DNA from: Candidatus Saccharimonadales bacterium
GTDB lineage: Bacteria > Patescibacteriota > Saccharimonadia > Saccharimonadales > JBDTJP01
DNA length: 28,729 nt
Reading direction: 5' to 3'
NCBI GenBank assembly: GCA_039935755.1
Contig: JBDTJP010000081.1
Coordinates: 1 to 28,729 of the forward strand
Within the stretch, counting starts at the first letter, position 1. Each line of letters opens with the position of its first letter. Under the pieces are notes generated by a model, which saw only the letters and a program-made list of their open reading frames with translations, was not told the DNA's origin and made no database searches. Both the position numbers and the translations under genes were made by a program. Shown in pieces: positions 16,759 to 24,799 of the stretch.

Positions 16759-18535
16759 TGAACCCACCAGACTGGCGTGTCCACAGGCTCGCATACATAC
16801 CATTCTTCTGTATGAGCTCTTTGTGATTACCTTCCTCGATTATATTACCGTTGTCCAACACGAATATACGGTCCATTTTCTGTATAGTACTAAGCCTATG
16901 AGCAATAACAATGGCAGTTCGTCCTTCCATCAATTTCCAGAGGGCATCCTGTATTAGATCTTCACTTTCACTGTCTAGTGCACTAGTGGCTTCGTCGAGC
17001 AAGAGAACTCTGGAGTTCTTGAGCATTGCACGGGCGATTGCAACCCGTTGCCTTTGGCCGCCAGACAGCTTAATACCGCGTTCACCTACCAGGGTGTTGT
17101 ATCCCAATGGCAAGTCCTTGATAAACTCGTGGGCGTTAGCAAGTTTAGCTATAGCGATCACTGCTTCCATCGAGGCGTCTAGAGCGCCGTAGCGTATATT
17201 CTCGGCAATACTACGGTGGAACAACATAGGCTCTTGCGCTACGTAGGCAATTTGCTGTCGGAGCTCAATTTGGGTCATTTGGTCTATTGGTAGCCCGTCG
17301 ATGGATATAACACCCGAGTCAATATCCATAAATCTGAGCAGTAATTTCGTAAGCGTAGTCTTACCTCCACCGCTTCTACCGACCAGCCCAATTTTTTCGC
17401 CGGGCTTGATGCGTATATCCAGATTGCTGAAAAGTGTTACTTGTTTCTGTTCCTCTTTATACGCAAACGACACGTCCTTGAATTCAATACTACCCCGGAC
17501 TACCGTAGCGGGGATGGGGCTAGCTACGTCTTTAATGCTTGGTTCAATTTGTAGTATCTCGGTCATCTCGGTTGCATCGCCAAGCGAGCGGTTTATGTTT
17601 CTTACGATTCTACTAAACATCCATAAGCGATTTACGATGCCACCGGTGTAGCTGATTATAAGGTATAAAGTACCGGCATTGGCGTTAAGGTTCGTAATCG
17701 CAAAAAGCCCAAAGAATAGAGCAATAATATGAAATCCATTGGTCTGTATGTGGCTTATAAACTCAGATTTTAGTACTTCGACTGATAGCTTGCGGTAAGC
17801 TTTGTAGGTTGTATCGACTACGCCGCCAAACCTTTCAAGCTCGTGGTCCTCGTGACCAAACGCTCTAATGGTACCTGTGTTCGTAATCGCGTCAGCTAAA
17901 GCTGCAGTTTGGGCACTCTCTGCTTCAGCCTCTACTACGTTGTAGGGCATTTGTTTGCGCATGCGTCTGAACATGATTGCTATATATACTATCGTCACTA
18001 TTAAAAGTACCAGAGCGTACTTGTAGGAGACAGCGAACAGTACTCCAAGCGAGAAGAGCAATGCAGTTACGCCGGATACAATACTCCAGGTGAATTCATC
18101 CATCAAACGTTCGTAGGCGCCCATAAACTTGTTAGTTTGTGATACTAGTGCTCCACTGAACCTGTCTGCATGGAAACGCTGGCTTTGTCGTTGTAGGTGG
18201 TCGTATACCTTGATGGCTATGTCTCGGCGGGCAGATATTTCGTATTGCCAAACGAAGTATGATTGGATTCTCCAAAGGACGACACCAAGTAATAACGCAA
18301 CTGTATATGCCCAAAAATAAGGCATGAATGTTTCTAGATGTAGAGATGCATGAACGGCATAGTCAGACTGTAGCTTGCTAAATAGCCGAGACACTATAAA
18401 TGGGGGTATTATGTCTTGGACAATAACACCAAGAGCTGATCCGGTAGTGCCTATCCAGAAATATCTTTTGTATTGTTTAGTGAAGCCCCAAAAAATACTC
18501 AGGGTTTTCTTAGTTGTAGAATTATTGTTTTTCAT
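16748..18535 (-). CDS. ABC exporter, fused TMD-NBD (copy 1)
   Basis: Multi-pass TMD, Walker A GRSGGGKT, signature LSGGQ, Walker B LLLDE, and AHRL. Confidence 0.95.
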   Translation of the reverse strand: MKNNNSTTKKTLSIFWGFTKQYKRYFWIGTTGSALGVIVQDIIPPFIVSRLFSKLQSDYAVHASLHLETFMPYFWAYTVALLLGVVLWRIQSYFVWQYEISARRDIAIKVYDHLQRQSQRFHADRFSGALVSQTNKFMGAYERLMDEFTWSIVSGVTALLFSLGVLFAVSYKYALVLLIVTIVYIAIMFRRMRKQMPYNVVEAEAESAQTAALADAITNTGTIRAFGHEDHELERFGGVVDTTYKAYRKLSVEVLKSEFISHIQTNGFHIIALFFGLFAITNLNANAGTLYLIISYTGGIVNRLWMFSRIVRNINRSLGDATEMTEILQIEPSIKDVASPIPATVVRGSIEFKDVSFAYKEEQKQVTLFSNLDIRIKPGEKIGLVGRSGGGKTTLTKLLLRFMDIDSGVISIDGLPIDQMTQIELRQQIAYVAQEPMLFHRSIAENIRYGALDASMEAVIAIAKLANAHEFIKDLPLGYNTLVGERGIKLSGGQRQRVAIARAMLKNSRVLLLDEATSALDSESEDLIQDALWKLMEGRTAIVIAHRLSTIQKMDRIFVLDNGNIIEEGNHKELIQKNGMYASLWTRQSGGFIEE

Positions 18536-18612
18536 AACTGCGAGGCTCCGGCTCGCTTATCGTTTATACCTAATAGGTTTATTGTTTAATGAGTAGTTTT
18601 TTGCAAAGGCGG

Positions 18613-18666
18613 CTAACGTGCCATAGGAACGGCAGCAACTTTTGTAAATAAGACTAATTGATACAT
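18613..18666 (-). CDS. Putative leader peptide MYQLVLFTKVAAVPMAR upstream of the ABC exporter pair
   Basis: ATG at 18666, TAG at 18613-18615, preceded by AAGGAAAGGA (18678-18687) and GGTGA. An overlapping alternative uORF, GTG-AAA-AAA-TGT-ATC-AAT-TAG, spans 18654-18674. Confidence 0.45.
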   Translation of the reverse strand: MYQLVLFTKVAAVPMAR

Positions 18667-18692
18667 TTTTTCACCGTTCCTTTCCTTTATAT

Positions 18693-18727
18693 TTGTGACA
18701 ATCGTAGCATTATATCACTTGTGTCAA
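18693..18727 (-). promoter_or_regulatory. Extended -10 (TGATATAAT) for the ABC operon, flanked by two TTGTG(A/T)CAA boxes
   Basis: Minus-strand TATAAT at 18709-18714. Boxes TTGTGACAA (18693-18701) and TTGTGTCAA (18719-18727) read on the plus strand. Confidence 0.55.
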
Positions 18728-18787
18728 GGGTACGCCAGAGTAGAAGGTATCGTCTTATCTGTTATTGAATGGTAAAATAACAGTTAT

Positions 18788-20446
18788 ATGGAACATTCAC
18801 CCAATTTTGGCCCTGACTATAGCTCACTCGAGGAGAGCCCCCAAGATTCAGATGATGACGTGATAGAGACCAAAACCACTAAAAAGTCCAAAAAGAGTTC
18901 AGGCGGTGAATTATTTGATAAAAAGCCCCCCAAACTCGACACGCCAGAAGCACGGATTGAAAAGTTTGAATCCAAAGCTGAAAAAGAACCACCAATAGAA
19001 GCCTTGGCTGATGATGAAAAGCGACTTGTCGCCCAGGAGTATGTTGATGATCGCGGCAATCAAGTTAAACAAGAGTTAGCAGATCCTAAGCTTGATGACG
19101 CTTCCGAGGCAGCTGCTCTAGCTAACGCAGCTTTCATTGAGAATGTACAAAACCAGCTTGATGAAGGAGGACCAGTCACCCCAGAAGCACTAGACGCGGC
19201 TTTAATCGCTGCTGCCAGTGAGCTTGGAATTGATGAGGACGATCCTGTGGATACTGAGCTTTTGTCTGACGACCCAGAACCAATTGATGATTTGGACGAG
19301 GCCACGCCACTACCTGCTGCTGTCCCCCTTGCTGGTATAGGCGGCGGAATACCAGCCGCACCAGCGCCCCTTAAAGCACCTGCCGCTGTACCACCGGCTG
19401 GGTCGCCGCCTGCACCACCTGCAGGTGGCGGTATCCCTATGCCACCTTTACCTCCCGCACCAATGGGTGGCGCCGCGTTACCGCCAGTTCCACCGATTGG
19501 CGTAGGCGTACCGGCAGCCTTTAATCGCGTACCAAATGTTTTGCAAAACACATCCGAACAACCCCACTCTCACATACAATACGTACTCGCCGGTGGCATA
19601 GTTGGCTACCTGATTGGTCGGCGGCGTGGGCGTATCAAAACAGAGAAGCGTTTATTGCCAGTTCAAGAGAAACTCCAGAAGGAAGTCAGTGAGCTCCAGC
19701 AGGGTATAATTGCGCGTGAACAAAAAATACGTACGTTAGCTAGAGAAAGGGTAATTGCTAACCCAGCATTCAAACAGGAACTTGATAAGAAGTTAGAACT
19801 GCGTCAAGAGGACGAGATTGTAAAACAGGAAACAGTTGCAGAATCGACGAACGAGGTGCTGGATAAGCAGCAAAAACGAGAAAAGCTGGGTGGGCTAGTT
19901 TTACAGTCCGAATTGAGGCCCGATACAGTAAAGTCCAGCCCAGAGCAGACCGTTAAAACAGTCGAATCTATGAATAATCAACAGTTGCTAACAATAGCTG
20001 CCGGTATAGAGATTGCAGGAACTAGCATTAAGCACCTGTTCGAGATGAAGCAGATAAACGAAGTTGGCTTGCGTAAAATTGTTCTGGCTTATGCAAGAGG
20101 TGAACGTTACGAAAGGGTTATTCAGGAAGAATTACGGAGTCCAAATAAGCCTAGTCTAGATAACGAAAAACGCCAAAGCATAGATAAATCAACAGATCAG
20201 GATGTAAGTAAAAATATACGTAATGACATAGTTCTGGAGACTACACCGCAGCCTCTGCCTAGTGCCCAGCAGCGACCCATAAATATGAACGCGTCAACGA
20301 TTAATCAGATTGTAAGTACGGTTAATAGTGACTACTCTAGCGACGGTGCTAGCAATCGTAGCGGCACAAACAAATCATTTCTTACTGCCACGCTCATATT
20401 TGTAGCCTGCGTTATTGCCGCATTAGTATGGGTTATCGCAAGGTAG
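18788..20446 (+). CDS. Acidic, Pro/Gly/Ala-rich membrane protein of unknown function
   Basis: Acidic N-terminal third, low-complexity PPAPPAGGGIPMPPLPPAP tract, Gly-rich hydrophobic helix YVLAGGIVGYLIG followed by RRRGR, a coiled-coil-like segment, and a C-terminal TM helix. Confidence 0.8.
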   Translation: MEHSPNFGPDYSSLEESPQDSDDDVIETKTTKKSKKSSGGELFDKKPPKLDTPEARIEKFESKAEKEPPIEALADDEKRLVAQEYVDDRGNQVKQELADPKLDDASEAAALANAAFIENVQNQLDEGGPVTPEALDAALIAAASELGIDEDDPVDTELLSDDPEPIDDLDEATPLPAAVPLAGIGGGIPAAPAPLKAPAAVPPAGSPPAPPAGGGIPMPPLPPAPMGGAALPPVPPIGVGVPAAFNRVPNVLQNTSEQPHSHIQYVLAGGIVGYLIGRRRGRIKTEKRLLPVQEKLQKEVSELQQGIIAREQKIRTLARERVIANPAFKQELDKKLELRQEDEIVKQETVAESTNEVLDKQQKREKLGGLVLQSELRPDTVKSSPEQTVKTVESMNNQQLLTIAAGIEIAGTSIKHLFEMKQINEVGLRKIVLAYARGERYERVIQEELRSPNKPSLDNEKRQSIDKSTDQDVSKNIRNDIVLETTPQPLPSAQQRPINMNASTINQIVSTVNSDYSSDGASNRSGTNKSFLTATLIFVACVIAALVWVIAR

Positions 20447-20461
20447 GCTATAATACATCTA

Positions 20462-21349
20462 ATGAATAAGGTGATTTTATACTATAAGTTTGTTCCAGTA
20501 GCTGACCCGGCGATTACCATGCGTTGGTTGCGCGAGGTATGTACTCGTCTAGATTTAAAAGGTCGTATTATTGTTGCAAAACAAGGTATAAACGGTACGC
20601 TCGGTGGTGACATAGAAGCGCTGCGTGAATACAAGCGTGAAATGAACCGCTCAGTTTTATTTAAAGGGATTACTTATAAGTGGAGCGATGGTAGTGGGCA
20701 GGAATTTCCAAAGTTATCAGTTAAAGTTCGCGACGAGCTGGTCGCATTCAAGGCCAACGATGAATTAGTTATCAGTGATCGTGGTATAGAAAACGGCGGA
20801 GTCCATCTAAAACCCGAACAAGTTCATAAATTGATTCAAGAACGAGGTGATGAAGTTATATTCTTTGATGGCCGCAACGCTTATGAAGCACAAGTTGGCC
20901 GATTTAAAGACGCTATTATACCCAACGTTAAGACGACTCCAGATTTTTTAAAAGAATTAGAAGATCCCAAATACGATGCAATAAAAGATCGACCAATTAT
21001 TACTTATTGTACTGGTGGAGTGCGCTGTGAAATATTGTCGGTTCTTATGAAGAACCGTGGATTTAAGGAAGTCTACCAAATTGACGGCGGCATAGTAAAG
21101 TATGGTGAAAAGTTTGGTGATAATGGTTTCTGGGAAGGTAATTTGTATATATTTGATGGCCGCATGAACCATACATTTAGCGCTAACGCTAAAGATATTG
21201 GCGAGTGTGTACACTGCCAGTCTAAAACTAGTAATTTTATCAATTGTGTCGACAAGTCATGCAACAAGTTGATACTTGTTTGTGATAAATGCTCGGTAGA
21301 GTCAAACTGCCCTGCCCATGAACTCGCTTTATTACCGGCTAGAGTATAA
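20462..21349 (+). CDS. trhO: Rhodanese-related protein, TrhO/YceA (UPF0176) family, putative tRNA uridine(34) hydroxylase
   Basis: KGRIIVAKQGINGTLGG, DGRNAYE, YCTGGVRCE, GGIVKY, and a C-terminal Cys cluster. Confidence 0.88.
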   Translation: MNKVILYYKFVPVADPAITMRWLREVCTRLDLKGRIIVAKQGINGTLGGDIEALREYKREMNRSVLFKGITYKWSDGSGQEFPKLSVKVRDELVAFKANDELVISDRGIENGGVHLKPEQVHKLIQERGDEVIFFDGRNAYEAQVGRFKDAIIPNVKTTPDFLKELEDPKYDAIKDRPIITYCTGGVRCEILSVLMKNRGFKEVYQIDGGIVKYGEKFGDNGFWEGNLYIFDGRMNHTFSANAKDIGECVHCQSKTSNFINCVDKSCNKLILVCDKCSVESNCPAHELALLPARV

Positions 21350-21392
21350 CTACGAATACGTTTAAGTTGGCCGGAGTCGTATAATAATAACC

Positions 21393-22922
21393 GTGAACAA
21401 GCAATTACAAACTAGCTTAAACAACTTACCAAAAACACCAGGCGTATATTTCCACAAGAATACCGATGGTGAAATTATTTATGTTGGCAAGGCTGCTGTT
21501 TTGAACAACCGCGTAAGGCAATATTTTCAAAATAGCAGAGGCCGAGACGCTAAAACCCAGGCGCTCGTCACTGAAATTGCTGATGTTGATTGGATGGAAG
21601 TAGATAGTGAACTCGAAGCTTTATTTTTAGAAGCAGAGATGATTAAGCGATACATGCCGCGCTACAATATCCTGCTGCGTGATGACAAGTCAATGGCGTA
21701 CATAAGGATTGATTATGACAGCGACTATCCTACGGTGGGTACCACGCGTAGACCGTTAGACGATGGCGCCCGATACTTTGGGCCGTACTTAAGCGTCGGT
21801 GCAGTGCGCCAAGCGCTCAAGCTATTACGGCATGCCTTTCCATACGCAACGCGGCAGATATCTAATCAAAAACGAGCCACACTCCACTACCATTTAGGAC
21901 TAGATCCAGGACTCGAGGAGGGAAAGACTAGTTTACTTGAGTATAGGTCGAATTTGCGCAAACTGATTGCTGTTATAGAGGGGAAACGCAAAACCATAGA
22001 ACATGAAGTAGAGAAAGAAATGAACCAGTACTCTAAAACTCAGGAGTTTGAAAAAGCCGCGCTGGCGCGTAATCAGCTCCACTCGCTTAGGCGCTTAAGT
22101 AACCACGTTATATTTAGTGACAAAGAATTTATGGATATTAGCAAAGATCATGCGCTTAGTGAACTGGTGGATTTGTTAAGCCTAGATAAATTCCCACGCC
22201 GGATTGAAGGCTATGACATATCGCATATGAGTGGGACTGACGTGGTGGCAAGCATGGTAGTTTTTGCAAATGGTGTTAGTAATAAGAGTGAATACCGAAA
22301 GTTTAAGACGAAGAAAGATCAGAACAACGATTTTTATAATATGTATGAGACTATCAAGCGTCGTTTAAGTGACAAGAACCGTAAGGCCTGGGGAGTACCG
22401 AGCTTGGTACTGATTGATGGCGGCAAAGGACAGCTTGATGCAGCAATCAGGGCCAGAGATGAGGCTGGTCAAAACATGCTGCCGTTTATAGGTCTAGCTA
22501 AGCGCGAAGAACAGATAGTTATCAAAAAACCCGTTACTACCGACAATGCAATTGGCGCTAGTAACGTTAGCCTGAACTTGAAAGCTGTGCGCAAACTAGG
22601 CGGCTATGAAACTGAGTCAGACGATTTTATATTAGTAAATATTCCACATACAACCAATGTTGTTAAGTTATTGCAGCGTATCCGTGATGAGTCACACCGG
22701 TTTGCGGTTACGTATCACTCAGTCCTTAAGGTTAAGCGCCAGACCGCAAGCGAGCTAGATGACATACCGGGAATCGGTCCGGTAGCACGCAAAAAACTAC
22801 TTAAGGCATTCGGTAGTGTCCGCGGCATCGCTAATGCCAAAGAATCTGAGCTGAAGCCTGTTTTGGGTCAGGCCAAAGCTCGATTGGTGTTTGGCTACTT
22901 CAAGCCAGCTTCGAAAGAGTAA
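21393..22922 (+). CDS. uvrC: Excinuclease ABC subunit C
   Basis: GIY-YIG (GVYF...IYVGKA), UVR segment, RIEGYDISH, LIDGGKGQL, RIRDESHRFA and HhH (IPGIG). TATAAT (21380-21385) lies 7 nt before the GTG. Confidence 0.97.
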   Translation: MNKQLQTSLNNLPKTPGVYFHKNTDGEIIYVGKAAVLNNRVRQYFQNSRGRDAKTQALVTEIADVDWMEVDSELEALFLEAEMIKRYMPRYNILLRDDKSMAYIRIDYDSDYPTVGTTRRPLDDGARYFGPYLSVGAVRQALKLLRHAFPYATRQISNQKRATLHYHLGLDPGLEEGKTSLLEYRSNLRKLIAVIEGKRKTIEHEVEKEMNQYSKTQEFEKAALARNQLHSLRRLSNHVIFSDKEFMDISKDHALSELVDLLSLDKFPRRIEGYDISHMSGTDVVASMVVFANGVSNKSEYRKFKTKKDQNNDFYNMYETIKRRLSDKNRKAWGVPSLVLIDGGKGQLDAAIRARDEAGQNMLPFIGLAKREEQIVIKKPVTTDNAIGASNVSLNLKAVRKLGGYETESDDFILVNIPHTTNVVKLLQRIRDESHRFAVTYHSVLKVKRQTASELDDIPGIGPVARKKLLKAFGSVRGIANAKESELKPVLGQAKARLVFGYFKPASKE

Positions 22923-22963
22923 AGGACATTATTTAAAAAGTTTGCTATACTTGTTCATTGACT

Positions 22964-24187
22964 ATGGATACTAAATTAACCGCGGAGTTTTTCCGGGGTA
23001 ATCGTGAACGTTTACGAGAACTATTTACAGGTAGAGCCCCAATTGTACTAACTGCGGCCGGTTTGCTGCAAAAAAGTACAGACACGCCCTACCCATTCTT
23101 TCAGGATGGTAATTTTTGGTATCTAACTGGAATTGATGAGCCTAACATTGTGCTTGTTATGGACAAGGGCAAAGAATATCTAATTGTGCCCGAGTTAAGC
23201 GCTAGTCGTGAAGCATTCGACGGTGCCTTGCCCCTAGAAGCCATGGCAAAGATCAGTGGCGTTAGCGAGGTTTTGACGGAAAAAGAAGGCTGGAAGCGGC
23301 TAGGATCAAGAATAAAGCGAGTCAATAGCGTTGCCGTATTGCCAGCTGCAAATTCATATATCGATGCGCTAGGTATGTACACTAACTCTGCTCGCAGGCG
23401 ACTAGTTCGCGAGATTAAACACTTCAACAGTGAGATTACTCTGCTTGATCTTCGTTTGCACTTGCAGCGTATGCGCATGGTTAAGCAACCGGGCGAATTG
23501 CAGGCTATACAACGAGCTGTTGACGCTACGGTGGATTCGTTAAAGTTCATAGAGAAGAAATTTTATGCTGGTAAATATACTAATGAATTCGAGATTGAAC
23601 ATGACTTAACTAAGCAATTTTGGAAAAATAACGCCTCAGGCCACAGCTTCGAGCCAATCGTAGCCGCAGGCAGTAAGGCCACGACTATACACCCGACTGG
23701 CAACACCGGACCTGTAAGTCCCACCGGCCAGTTGCTTATGGACGTCGGTGCATCGTACGATCACTATGCGGCAGATATTTCACGTACCTGGATGGTAGAG
23801 CCTAGCAAGCAGTTTATCTCTGTGCGTAGCGCAGTGGTGGAGGTGGCTGATTACGCCATGAGTTTATTAAAACCCGGAGTTGTCCTAAGAGCTTACGAGC
23901 AGGATATCGAGCAGTTTATGGGAGAGAAGCTACGAGAACTCGGTTTAATAAAAACAATCGAGCACGATAGTGTTAGACAGTATTTCCCTCATTCGACGTC
24001 ACATTTTCTGGGTATTGATGTTCACGATGTAGGGGATTACGATCACCCACTTGAGCCAGGCGTCATCTTAACAGTTGAGCCAGGTATATATATTCCAGAT
24101 GACGGTATAGGTGTGCGAGTCGAGGATGACGTGCTGATAACCGAAACAGGCTGCACAAATTTAAGTGCTAAGTTGGAGCGCAATTAG
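22964..24187 (+). CDS. pepP: Xaa-Pro aminopeptidase (M24B)
   Basis: N-terminal AMP_N-like region FFQDGNFWYLTG. Metal-binding motifs DVGA...ADISRT, HSTSHFLGIDVHD, TVEPGIY and GVRVEDD. An alternative TTG start is at 22958. Confidence 0.92.
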   Translation: MDTKLTAEFFRGNRERLRELFTGRAPIVLTAAGLLQKSTDTPYPFFQDGNFWYLTGIDEPNIVLVMDKGKEYLIVPELSASREAFDGALPLEAMAKISGVSEVLTEKEGWKRLGSRIKRVNSVAVLPAANSYIDALGMYTNSARRRLVREIKHFNSEITLLDLRLHLQRMRMVKQPGELQAIQRAVDATVDSLKFIEKKFYAGKYTNEFEIEHDLTKQFWKNNASGHSFEPIVAAGSKATTIHPTGNTGPVSPTGQLLMDVGASYDHYAADISRTWMVEPSKQFISVRSAVVEVADYAMSLLKPGVVLRAYEQDIEQFMGEKLRELGLIKTIEHDSVRQYFPHSTSHFLGIDVHDVGDYDHPLEPGVILTVEPGIYIPDDGIGVRVEDDVLITETGCTNLSAKLERN

Positions 24188-24204
24188 TGGTACAATATAA
24201 ACTA

Positions 24205-24570
24205 ATGAAACGGGGACCTTTTGGGCGATTTATATTAAGATGGTTCGTTTGCGGACTAGGCTTCTGGGTGGCTGCGGGTATTCTGGGCGAGCGTATAAGC
24301 TATGATCAACGTCTCGGTGTCATTATTGTTGCAGCTTTCCTGCTCGCTCTACTAAACGTAATAATTAAGCCAATTGTGGTTATATTATCACTGCCAGCTA
24401 TATTGTTCAGCTTAGGGTTATTCATGATTGTTATTAATGGCCTTATGGTAACACTGGTAAGTTGGCTTTATTCGCCGTTAAAAGTGACAAATTTTGGAGC
24501 AGCTATGCTAGCAGGTATGGTCATAGGCCTAGTCAATTATTTAGTAACTACAATCTTGGAGGAGAAATAA
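24205..24570 (+). CDS. YvlD-like 4-TM 'phage holin family' membrane protein
   Basis: LNVIIKPIVVILSLPAILFSLGLFMIVINGLM matches the YvlD/DUF360 pattern. TGGTACAAT ends 8 nt before the ATG at 24205. Confidence 0.85.
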   Translation: MKRGPFGRFILRWFVCGLGFWVAAGILGERISYDQRLGVIIVAAFLLALLNVIIKPIVVILSLPAILFSLGLFMIVINGLMVTLVSWLYSPLKVTNFGAAMLAGMVIGLVNYLVTTILEEK

Positions 24571-24783
24571 ATGACAATTTATAATTACGTAACGCTAGTT
24601 TCTGTGGTTATTGTAACAATACTTATCTTAGTACAAACTAGAGGCGCAAGTCTGGGCGCTGGTCTTGGTGGTGGTGGTGAAGTTAACACCGTGCGTCGTG
24701 GTTCCGATAAAACACTACACCAAATAACGATCATAACAGTTATTATATTTATAGCCTCGCTCTTACTGGGCATTGTGTCTTAG
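24571..24783 (+). CDS. secG: Preprotein translocase subunit SecG
   Basis: LILVQTRGASLGAGLGG, RRGSDKTL and two TM helices. SD GGAGG upstream. Confidence 0.92.
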   Translation: MTIYNYVTLVSVVIVTILILVQTRGASLGAGLGGGGEVNTVRRGSDKTLHQITIITVIIFIASLLLGIVS

Positions 24784-24799
24784 GCCCCAATAGCTAACT

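Noticed and set aside
16759-16803. N-terminal extension MVCMRACGHASLVGS of the second ABC exporter
   Set aside because: It lies wholly inside the upstream gene's 3' end. The TTG at 16758 gives an N-terminus that parallels the first paralog.
18601-18647. Long stem TTGCAAAGG...CTTTTGTAA in the ABC leader
   Set aside because: It pairs fully only on the plus strand through G-U wobbles; on the transcribed minus strand these become A-C mismatches.
19300-19540. CRISPR or tandem-repeat array in the GC-rich stretch
   Set aside because: It is degenerate Pro/Ala/Gly coding sequence within an ORF, with no fixed repeat-spacer period.
24205-24570. Prophage inferred from the 'phage holin family' and baseplate-like genes
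   Set aside because: The two genes are 23 kb apart among housekeeping genes, with no integrase, terminase, capsid or att sites. YvlD-like proteins are common chromosomal genes.
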